Virus record (IMG/VR): IMGVR_UViG_2609459840_000006
Strand: one strand, 5' to 3'
Length of the DNA stretch: 8,504 nt
Origin: a virus
Taxonomy: Duplodnaviria > Heunggongvirae > Uroviricota > Caudoviricetes
Part shown: in pieces, positions 1-5,727 of the stretch
Layout of the letters: each line of letters begins with the position of its first letter
Position numbering within the stretch: the stretch's first letter is position 1
Translations under genes and position numbers: made by a program
The notes under the pieces: generated by a model
What the model saw: the letters and a program-made list of their open reading frames with translations, nothing else
What the model was told of the DNA's origin: nothing
The model's database searches: none

Positions 1-146
1 CTTACACCGCTTCTCAACCCGGTACGCACCAGAAAATCATTGATATGGCCATGAATGGCGTTGGATGCCGGGCAACTGCCCGCATTATGGGCGTTGGCCT
101 CAACACGATTTTACGTCACTTAAAAAACTCAGGCCGCAGTCGGTAA
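1..146 (+). CDS. insA: IS1 InsA, C-terminal part (5'-partial; frame starts at nt 3)
   Basis: Frame 3 reads [47 protein letters not shown] then TAA at 144-146, matching the InsA C-terminus as I recall it. Confidence 0.85.
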
Positions 147-568
147 CCTCGCGCATACAGCCGGGCAGTGACGTCATCGTCTGCGCGGAAATGGACGAAC
201 AGTGGGGCTATGTCGGGGCTAAATCGCGCCAGCGCTGGCTGTTTTACGCGTATGACAGTCTCCGGAAGACGGTTGTTGCGCACGTATTCGGTGAACGCAC
301 TATGGCGACGCTGGGGCGTCTTATGAGCCTGCTGTCACCCTTTGACGTGGTGATATGGATGACGGATGGCTGGCCGCTGTATGAATTCCGCCTGAAGGGA
401 AAGCTGCACGTAATCAGCAAGCGATATACGCAGCGAATTGAGCGGCATAACCTGAATCTGAGGCAGCACCTGGCACGGCTGGGACGGAAGTCGCTGTCGT
501 TCTCAAAATCGGTGGAGCTGCATGACAAAGTCATCGGGCATTATCTGAACATAAAACACTATCAATAA
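65..568 (+). CDS. insB: IS1 InsB frame; in vivo expressed as InsAB' transposase by -1 frameshift at the A6C motif (122-128)
   Basis: 167-aa ORF in the -1 frame relative to insA. The slippery run ttaaaaaac at 120-128 sits in the insA/insB overlap, and the stop at 566-568 lies inside the right IR. Confidence 0.85.
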
Positions 569-583
569 GTTGGAGTCATTACC
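561..583. repeat. IS1 right terminal inverted repeat (23 bp)
   Basis: atcaataagttggagtcattacc is the reverse complement of the canonical IS1 end ggtaatgactccaacttattgat. Confidence 0.75.
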
Positions 584-589
584 AAAGTT

Positions 590-625
590 ATTAAAAATGG
601 GGCGTTGAAACGCCCCCAAAAATAA
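590..625 (-). terminator. Rho-independent terminator, probably for the porin transcript
   Basis: GC stem ggggcg/cgcccc (599-604 / 611-616) with loop ttgaaa; on the minus strand it is followed by a U-run (atttttaa). It lies 14 bp from the IS1 end. Confidence 0.5.
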
Positions 626-654
626 AGGGTAATATATAACAGAAGGTTTGTATA

Positions 655-740
655 GTTAGAAGCAAGGTTGTGCTTCTAAAGGAAGTGGCTTGAGGGAGCC
701 ACTTATATGTTGGGGAGGCAAAGCCTCCCACAACATATCT
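655..740. other. Three consecutive stem-loops in the porin 3' region
   Basis: agaagca-aggttg-tgcttct (659-678); gtggct-tgaggg-agccac (685-702); and a long hairpin atatgttggggaggc-aaa-gcctcccacaacatat (705-738, about 15 bp stem with one bulge), followed on the plus strand by cttttag. Confidence 0.4.
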
Positions 741-753
741 TTTAGTAATCAAA

Positions 754-1836
754 TTAGAACTGGTAAACCATACCTACAGCAACGATATCATCGGTAGCAA
801 CGCCAGATGCTTTCGTGAAATCGCTCTTATCAATCAGGTTGATTTTGTAGTCAACAAAAGTGGACATATTTTTGTTGAAGTAATAGGTTGCACCTACATC
901 AACATATTCAACCAGGTCCTGATCACCCCAAACACCCAAGTCTTTTCCTTTAGAATGCAGGTAAGCAACGGATGGACGCAGGCCGAAGTCGAACTGATAT
1001 TGTGCAACAGCTTCGAAGTTTTGTGCTTTGTTGGCAATATGGTTATTACCAAAAACAGTCATGTTCTGGGTTTCAGAATAGGTGGTGGCCAGATAGATGT
1101 TGTTCGCATCATATTTCAGACCAGCTGCCCATACTTCAGCATTTTGACCAGAAGCATTCAGACCGTTGTTACCGTAGATAACCTGATTATTAGTGCGATC
1201 AGATTTAGCATAGGTTGCACCCACGCCGAATCCTTCATACTCATAAGTAGTTGAGAAACCGAAACCATCGCCATTAGCTTCAGTTACTTCATTTCGGTCA
1301 TTTTTGCCCTGATACTGAGCTGCAAAGTTCAGGCCATCAACCAGACCAAAGAAGTCGTTGTTACGATAAGTTGCAACACCTGTGGTGCGACCAGTCATGA
1401 ATACATCTGTTTGGGTCCAGGTATCGCCACCGAATTCTGGCAGAACGTCAGTCCACGCACCGATGTCGTATGCTACACCGTAGTTACGGCCGTAATCGAT
1501 TGAGCCGTAGTCACCGAATTTCAGGCCTGCAAATGCAAGACGGGTTTTGTCTTTGGAGGAACCTTGAGATTCAGCGCGGTTGCCTTTGAATTCATATTCC
1601 CACTGACCGAAACCAGTCAGTTGATCGTTGATTTGGGTTTCACCTTTGAAGCCAAGACGGGCATAAGTAGTATCACCATCATCTGCATCATTAGAGGAGA
1701 AGTAGTGCTTAGCATTAACTTTCCCGTACAGATCCAGCTTGTTACTGTCTTTATTATAAATTTCAGCTGCCTGAGCAGACATCGCCATCAGTACTGATGC
1801 AGCTACAGCAGAAATTGCCACTGTTAATTTTTTCAT
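754..1836 (-). CDS. nmpC: Outer-membrane general porin, NmpC / phage Lc type (OmpC/OmpF/PhoE family), 360 aa
   Basis: N-terminal signal peptide [23 protein letters not shown]|AEIYNK, porin motifs throughout and the C-terminal aromatic ..VGMVYQF. The sequence matches my memory of NmpC/Lc. ATG at 1834-1836 on the minus strand. Confidence 0.9.
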   Translation of the reverse strand: MKKLTVAISAVAASVLMAMSAQAAEIYNKDSNKLDLYGKVNAKHYFSSNDADDGDTTYARLGFKGETQINDQLTGFGQWEYEFKGNRAESQGSSKDKTRLAFAGLKFGDYGSIDYGRNYGVAYDIGAWTDVLPEFGGDTWTQTDVFMTGRTTGVATYRNNDFFGLVDGLNFAAQYQGKNDRNEVTEANGDGFGFSTTYEYEGFGVGATYAKSDRTNNQVIYGNNGLNASGQNAEVWAAGLKYDANNIYLATTYSETQNMTVFGNNHIANKAQNFEAVAQYQFDFGLRPSVAYLHSKGKDLGVWGDQDLVEYVDVGATYYFNKNMSTFVDYKINLIDKSDFTKASGVATDDIVAVGMVYQF

Positions 1837-2165
1837 CGTGAGCCCTTTTTTTTGAACTATTATTAAAAAATGATGTCACTGCGCGATAAATATTCATCTA
1901 ATCAATGTGATTATTTCAAGATGTAAGTTTTAGTTTCTCATTTAATTTGTGAAGTAGATCTCTATTTTTATCTGAACTTTTTCTATCGAAACCTATTTAT
2001 GGCTCTTATTTGAACAAAAATAAACCTATTAGCTAATTTATATTAATGGCTGTTATTTATGGGGGTTCTATAATTCGGCAGTTTAATTTAAATCAACTAA
2101 AAATAACGTCTGAAATTATTTATTGGTTATTTGTTGAGGTTTTCTTATGTATTTGTGGTGGAGTT

Positions 2166-2194
2166 TTGAACACTCGGTAGCATTCTCATAAATA
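2166..2194 (+). promoter_or_regulatory. Candidate sigma70 late promoter (pR'-like) upstream of the lysis cassette
   Basis: TTGAAC (2166-2171), 17-bp spacer, TAAATA (2189-2194); resembles lambda pR' (TTGACT-17-TAAATT) as I recall it. A weak hairpin plus T-runs at about 2259-2300 could be a tR'-like terminator. Unverified. Confidence 0.25.
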
Positions 2195-2424
2195 TCATTC
2201 AGCGGTTTACGTACGTAAAAAATTGGTTATGCTGTTAAGAGTGGTTACTTCGTCACACAGCTTAAACCCGCCGTCGAGCTGGTTTTTCCATTTTTTGAGT
2301 CTCGATATTAGCTGATAACTCAATACCTGAGTTATTCACTGACTCCGAGTCTGTTACGTTTCTGCTTTTTTGCGATACGTTGTATTCCCTCAATTTACAC
2401 CCGCTTTGTCTGCGAGGTGGGGTT

Positions 2425-2640
2425 ATGAAATCCATGGATAAGTTAACAACGGGTGTCGCCTATGGCACCTCAGCAGGTAGTGCCGGTTACTGGTTTTTAC
2501 AGCTGCTCGATAAAGTCACGCCCTCACAGTGGGCAGCAATAGGTGTGCTGGGTAGCCTGGTATTTGGCCTGCTGACGTACCTGACAAACCTTTATTTCAA
2601 GATTAAAGAAGATAAGCGCAAGGCTGCGAGAGGTGAATAA
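2425..2640 (+). CDS. S: Class II holin (pinholin), phage 21 S-type, 71 aa with dual-start motif
   Basis: [28 protein letters not shown].. with Met1-Lys2-Ser3-Met4 dual start and two TMDs, close to S21 from memory. Strong SD gaggtgg upstream of the ATG at 2425. The track's start at 2380 is a TTG extension and was rejected. Confidence 0.88.
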
Positions 2641-3137
2641 TGCCTCCATCATTACGAAAAGCCGTTGCTGCTGCTATTGGTGGCGGAGCAATTGCTATAG
2701 CATCAGTGTTAATCACTGGCCCAAGTGGTAACGATGGTCTGGAAGGTGTCAGCTACATACCATACAAAGATATTGTTGGTGTATGGACTGTATGTCACGG
2801 GCATACAGGAAAAGACATCATGCTCGGTAAAACGTATACCAAAGCAGAATGCAAAGCCCTCCTGAATAAAGACCTTGCCACGGTCGCCAGACAAATTAAC
2901 CCGTACATAAAAGTTGATATACCGGAAACAACGCGCGGCGCTCTTTACTTGTTCGTTTACAACGTGGGCGCTGGCAATTTCAGAACATCGACGCTTCTTC
3001 GCAAAATAAACCAGGGCGATATCAAAGGCGCATGTGATCAGCTACGTCGCTGGACATATGCTGGCGGTAAGCAATGGAAAGGTCTCATGACTCGTCGTGA
3101 GATTGAGCGTGAAATCTGTTTGTGGGGTCAGCAATGA
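2640..3137 (+). CDS. R: SAR endolysin (phage 21 R-type lysozyme), 165 aa
   Basis: N-terminal Gly/Ala-rich signal-anchor-release segment ([20 protein letters not shown]) and catalytic residues at E35, D44, T50 as in R21. The ATG overlaps the holin stop (TAATG). Confidence 0.9.
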   Translation: MPPSLRKAVAAAIGGGAIAIASVLITGPSGNDGLEGVSYIPYKDIVGVWTVCHGHTGKDIMLGKTYTKAECKALLNKDLATVARQINPYIKVDIPETTRGALYLFVYNVGAGNFRTSTLLRKINQGDIKGACDQLRRWTYAGGKQWKGLMTRREIEREICLWGQQ

Positions 3138-3601
3138 ACAGAGTAACCGCGATTATCTCCGCTCTGGTTATCTGCATCATCGTCTGCCTGTCATGGGCTG
3201 TTAATCATTACCGTGATAATGCAATCGCCTACAAAGAACAGCGCGATAACAAGGCCAGTGAACTGGAGAAGGCGAACGCCACCATTACTGACATGCAGCA
3301 GCGCCAGCGTGATGCTGATGCACTCGATGATAAATACACGAAGGAGTTAGCTGATGCGAAAGCTGAAAATGATGCTCTTCGGCGCAAGCTTGATAATGGT
3401 GGTCGGGTGCTCGTCAAAGGAAAATGCCCTGTGCCATCCTCAGCCGAAACCTCCAGCGCCTCCGGCATGGGCAATGATGCCACCGTCGAACTCTCTCCAG
3501 TTGCTGGACGAAACGTTCTCGGTATCCGGGACGGAATTATCCGCGACCAAACAGCACTGAGAACGCTTCAGGAATACATCAGGACGCAATGCCTTCGATG
3601 A
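3134..3601 (+). CDS. Rz: Rz i-spanin (inner-membrane spanin subunit), 155 aa
   Basis: [30 protein letters not shown].. is near-identical to the lambda Rz N-terminus, with one TMD and a coiled-coil periplasmic domain. The ATG at 3134 overlaps the R stop (ATGA); the track start at 3122 is GTG. Confidence 0.88.
   Translation: MNRVTAIISALVICIIVCLSWAVNHYRDNAIAYKEQRDNKASELEKANATITDMQQRQRDADALDDKYTKELADAKAENDALRRKLDNGGRVLVKGKCPVPSSAETSSASGMGNDATVELSPVAGRNVLGIRDGIIRDQTALRTLQEYIRTQCLR
3354..3560 (+). CDS. Rz1: Rz1 o-spanin lipoprotein, embedded in the +1 frame of Rz, 68 aa
   Basis: [19 protein letters not shown].. has a signal peptide with lipobox (VVGC) and a Pro-rich mature part ([16 protein letters not shown]). 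Strong SD aaggag 7 nt upstream of the ATG. Lies entirely inside Rz. Confidence 0.8.
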   Translation: MRKLKMMLFGASLIMVVGCSSKENALCHPQPKPPAPPAWAMMPPSNSLQLLDETFSVSGTELSATKQH

Positions 3602-3775
3602 TAGCGATAATTTTACTCATCATCCTTCACATCTGGCTCTGTAGACAGGGTGGTGCTCACTTCTGGAGTGAATCCAGATTAAACATCTCATTGCTGATGC
3701 TTGATATTGAGCATTTTGCGCGCGGTAAGGGGCTGCGTTGAGATAAGAGCCAGTCATTACAAATACCAGGATTTA

Positions 3776-3801
3776 GCCTCGCATTCGCGGGGCTTTTTAT
3801 T
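3776..3801 (+). terminator. Rho-independent terminator downstream of the lysis cassette
   Basis: gcctcgc-attc-gcggggc (7-bp stem with one G.U pair) followed by tttttatt. Confidence 0.5.
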
Positions 3802-3807
3802 GCCATT

Positions 3808-3840
3808 ACAAAAGCCACTTCCTACAGAGTGGCTTTGATA
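3808..3840 (-). terminator. Rho-independent terminator for the leftward accessory operon
   Basis: aaagccact-tcctacag-agtggcttt; on the minus strand the 3' arm runs into cttttg. Confidence 0.45.
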
Positions 3841-3882
3841 ATGGCTTATACCCTACACGGGATAACTTAACTGATATCCCTT

Positions 3883-4047
3883 TTAAAGGATAAAGGTATT
3901 CAAGCCTGACACATCATGCGCTGTATCGTCGCCGTATTCCCGTATTAACAGAGACCGTAGCCCGACGGGGAACTCCTTCTGCGCGAGTGTGTGGGAATAA
4001 TCAAAAACGATGCACACCGGGGTTACCGGGTACACATATTTCATCAT
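3883..4047 (-). CDS. Hypothetical small protein, 54 aa (absent from the ORF track, apparently because of a length cutoff)
   Basis: Hand translation: MMKYVYPVTPVCIVFDYSHTLAQKEFPVGLRSLLIREYGDDTAHDVSGLNTFIL*. It lies 45 bp downstream of the ybcV-like stop and just upstream of the minus-strand terminator. The SD is weak. Confidence 0.3.
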   Translation of the reverse strand: MMKYVYPVTPVCIVFDYSHTLAQKEFPVGLRSLLIREYGDDTAHDVSGLNTFIL

Positions 4048-4092
4048 GCCAGCGAGTCCGGTTCTGGCACGGAAGAAACCGGACGTTATGAT

Positions 4093-4503
4093 TTAGTGCG
4101 GAAATATTTGTGTAGTGTTCTGAATGTTCTCAGTAAAGAGTAATGAATTATCAAAGGTATAGTAATACCTTTTGTTTTCGTGGATATTTGTAATCCATCT
4201 GAAAACCCCTGCTGTAGCAAGATTTTTCCTGTATTCGTAAAATGATAACTCTCCTGATTTGAATCCTTTTAAGGTGGCTTCTATAAGGCATTTATTTTTT
4301 GAAAATCTTACATTTACAACCTTACCCTGTCCTTTTATTAAAACCGTATTATCGTTTTCAAGAACAAGATGAATATTCTCTGTGGCTAAATAGTAAATGT
4401 AATGTGAGACATTGTGACGTTTTAGTTCAGAATAAAACCAGTGATAGTTTAAATTATTTCGCACTTTATCGAATATTTGTTTAAAAATGGCAACCTGAGC
4501 CAT
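4093..4503 (-). CDS. ybcV: DUF1398 / YbcV-like prophage protein, 136 aa from the second ATG
   Basis: [80 protein letters not shown] resembles E. coli DLP12 YbcV as I remember it (unverified). The ATG at 4503 has SD ggaagg; the upstream ATG at 4518 has none. Markedly AT-rich. Confidence 0.75.
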   Translation of the reverse strand: MAQVAIFKQIFDKVRNNLNYHWFYSELKRHNVSHYIYYLATENIHLVLENDNTVLIKGQGKVVNVRFSKNKCLIEATLKGFKSGELSFYEYRKNLATAGVFRWITNIHENKRYYYTFDNSLLFTENIQNTTQIFPH

Positions 4504-4559
4504 TGTAGTACCTTCCATGTGATATGAGGGGTGTAGTCTGCACGATTATCTAAATTGCT

Positions 4560-4793
4560 TCAATCTGGTCTGATCTGTTTTCTGAGCAATTCAGTAATGT
4601 CACTCTTTTCTTTGTTTGCTTCAGGAGAAACTCTTTTTTCTGAGCACAGTCTCCGGCGGCAGGCTTCAATGACCCAGGCTGAGAAATTCCCGGACCCTTT
4701 TTGATCAAGAGCGATGTTAATTTGTTCAATCATTTGGTTAGGAAAGCGGATGTTGCGGGTTGTTGTTCTGCGGGTTCTGTTCTTCGTTGACAT
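4560..4793 (-). CDS. Ribbon-helix-helix DNA-binding protein, DUF3950 / YlcI-like, 77 aa
   Basis: Basic N-terminal arm (KNRTRRTTTR), then a beta-strand (NIRFP), helix (NQMIEQINIALDQ), KGSGN turn and helix (FSAWVIEACRRRL): the Arc/MetJ/CopG RHH pattern. Resembles DLP12 YlcI from memory. ATG at 4793. Confidence 0.7.
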   Translation of the reverse strand: MSTKNRTRRTTTRNIRFPNQMIEQINIALDQKGSGNFSAWVIEACRRRLCSEKRVSPEANKEKSDITELLRKQIRPD

Positions 4794-4992
4794 GAGGTTG
4801 TCCCGTATTCAGTGTCGCTGATTTGTATTGTCTGAAGTTGTTTTTACGTTAAGTTGATGCAGATCAATTAATACGATACCTGCGTCATAATTGATTATTT
4901 GACGTGGTTTGATGGCGTAGATGCACGTTGTGACATGCAGATGATAATTATTATCATTTTGCGGGTCCTTTCCGGCGATCCGACAGGTTACG

Positions 4993-5004
4993 GGGCGGCG
5001 ACCT
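4993..5004. other. cosN 12-nt cohesive-end sequence (gggcggcgacct)
   Basis: Exact match to the lambda cohesive end GGGCGGCGACCT, preceded by ..aggttacg, the lambda right end. Confidence 0.8.
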
Positions 5005-5101
5005 CGCGGGTTTTCGCTATTTATGAAAATTTTCCGGTTTAAGGTGTTTCCGTTCTTCTTCGTCGTAACTTAATGTTTTTATTTAAAATACCCCCTGAAA
5101 A

Positions 5102-5156
5102 GAAAGGAAACGACAGGTGCTGAAAGCGAGCTTTTTGGCCTCTGTCGTTTCCTTTC
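5102..5156. repeat. cosB R-element inverted repeat (terminase small-subunit binding sites R2/R1)
   Basis: Perfect 15-bp inverted repeat gaaaggaaacgacag (5102-5116) / ctgtcgtttcctttc (5142-5156), separated by 25 bp; a related tttccgttcttcttcg lies at about 5047-5062 (R3-like). Confidence 0.6.
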
Positions 5157-5181
5157 TCTGTTTTTGTCCGTGGAATGAACA

Positions 5182-5727
5182 ATGGAAGTCAACAAAAAGC
5201 AGCTGGCTGACATTTTCGGTGCGAGTATCCGTACCATTCAGAACTGGCAGGAACAGGGAATGCCCGTTCTGCGAGGCGGTGGCAAGGGTAATGAGGTGCT
5301 TTATGACTCTGCCGCCGTCATAAAATGGTATGCCAAAAGGGATGCTGAAATTGAGAACGAAAAGCTGCGCCGGGAGGTTGAAGAACTGCGGCAGGCCAGC
5401 GAGGCAGATCTCCAGCCAGGGACTATTGAGTACGAACGCCATCGACTTACGCGTGCGCAGGCCGACGCACAGGAACTGAAGAATGCCAGAGACTCCGCTG
5501 AAGTGGTGGAAACCGCATTCTGTACTTTCGTGTTGTCGCGGATCGCAGGTGAAATTGCCAGTATTCTCGACGGGATCCCCCTGTCGGTGCAGCGGCGTTT
5601 TCCGGAACTGGAAAACCGACATGTTGATTTCCTGAAACGGGATATCATCAAAGCCATGAACAAAGCAGCCGCGCTGGATGAACTGATACCGGGGTTGCTG
5701 AGTGAATATATCGAACAGTCAGGTTAA
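5182..5727 (+). CDS. nu1: Terminase small subunit Nu1, 181 aa
   Basis: MEVNKKQLADIFGASIRTIQNWQEQGMPVLRGGGKGNEVLYDSAAVIKWY.. is essentially identical to lambda gpNu1 from memory, with a winged-HTH N-terminus. The 3' end overlaps the A start as in lambda. Confidence 0.95.
   Translation: MEVNKKQLADIFGASIRTIQNWQEQGMPVLRGGGKGNEVLYDSAAVIKWYAKRDAEIENEKLRREVEELRQASEADLQPGTIEYERHRLTRAQADAQELKNARDSAEVVETAFCTFVLSRIAGEIASILDGIPLSVQRRFPELENRHVDFLKRDIIKAMNKAAALDELIPGLLSEYIEQSG

Larger units (their letters stand above)
1..583 (+). mobile_element. IS1 insertion sequence, 3' 583 bp; left end lies upstream of the window
   Basis: Translation gives the InsA C-terminus (..[33 protein letters not shown]) and a full InsB frame, ending in the IS1 terminal repeat ..atcaataagttggagtcattacc at 561-583. 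IS1 is 768 bp, so about 185 bp are outside the window. Confidence 0.9.
4960..5160 (+). other. Lambda-type cos site (cosQ, cosN, cosB)
   Basis: ..gcgggtcctttccggcgatccgacaggttacg|gggcggcgacctcgcgggttttcgctatttatgaaaattttccggtttaagg.. matches the lambda right-end/left-end junction as I recall it, and sits immediately upstream of Nu1. Confidence 0.85.

Noticed and set aside
244-534. 96-aa minus-strand ORF inside IS1
   Set aside because: Antisense to the well-supported insB frame; no independent start signals; typical shadow ORF.
955-1797. Plus-strand ORFs (955-1254, 972-1181, 1564-1797) overlapping the porin gene
   Set aside because: All are antisense to a strongly supported 360-aa porin CDS, with low-complexity translations.
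2380-2424. N-terminal extension of the holin from the track's start at 2380 (86 aa)
   Set aside because: That start is TTG with no SD. The ATG at 2425 has a strong SD (gaggtgg) and gives the canonical 71-aa dual-start pinholin.
2709-2894. 61-aa minus-strand ORF inside the endolysin gene
   Set aside because: Antisense shadow ORF within a CDS that has a clear catalytic triad and SAR domain.
3229-3483. 84-aa minus-strand ORF inside Rz
   Set aside because: Antisense to Rz/Rz1; Ser/Ala/Leu-rich low-complexity translation typical of the reverse frame.
3580-3625. Minus-strand mini-ORF ([13 protein letters not shown], 13 aa) with SD-like aaggatg
   Set aside because: Too short to call; it overlaps the Rz stop region and the plus-strand 47-aa candidate. 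No supporting context.
3602-4092. Expected bor-like lipoprotein gene (by analogy with lambda)
   Set aside because: No ORF with a lipoprotein signal peptide on either strand; the locus is occupied by different genes.
4299-4484. 61-aa plus-strand ORF within the YbcV-like gene
   Set aside because: Antisense to the better-supported minus-strand CDS; AT-rich shadow frame.
4941-4958. Near-palindrome gatgataattattatcat just upstream of cosN as a possible operator
   Set aside because: It lies in the segment matching the lambda right end (cosQ region) and is an imperfect palindrome, so it is more simply explained as cos DNA.
5083-5663. Minus-strand ORFs (5083-5622, 5301-5663) and plus-strand 5117-5323 overlapping cos and Nu1
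   Set aside because: They overlap the cos site and the near-lambda-identical Nu1 CDS; cosB is non-coding binding-site DNA.
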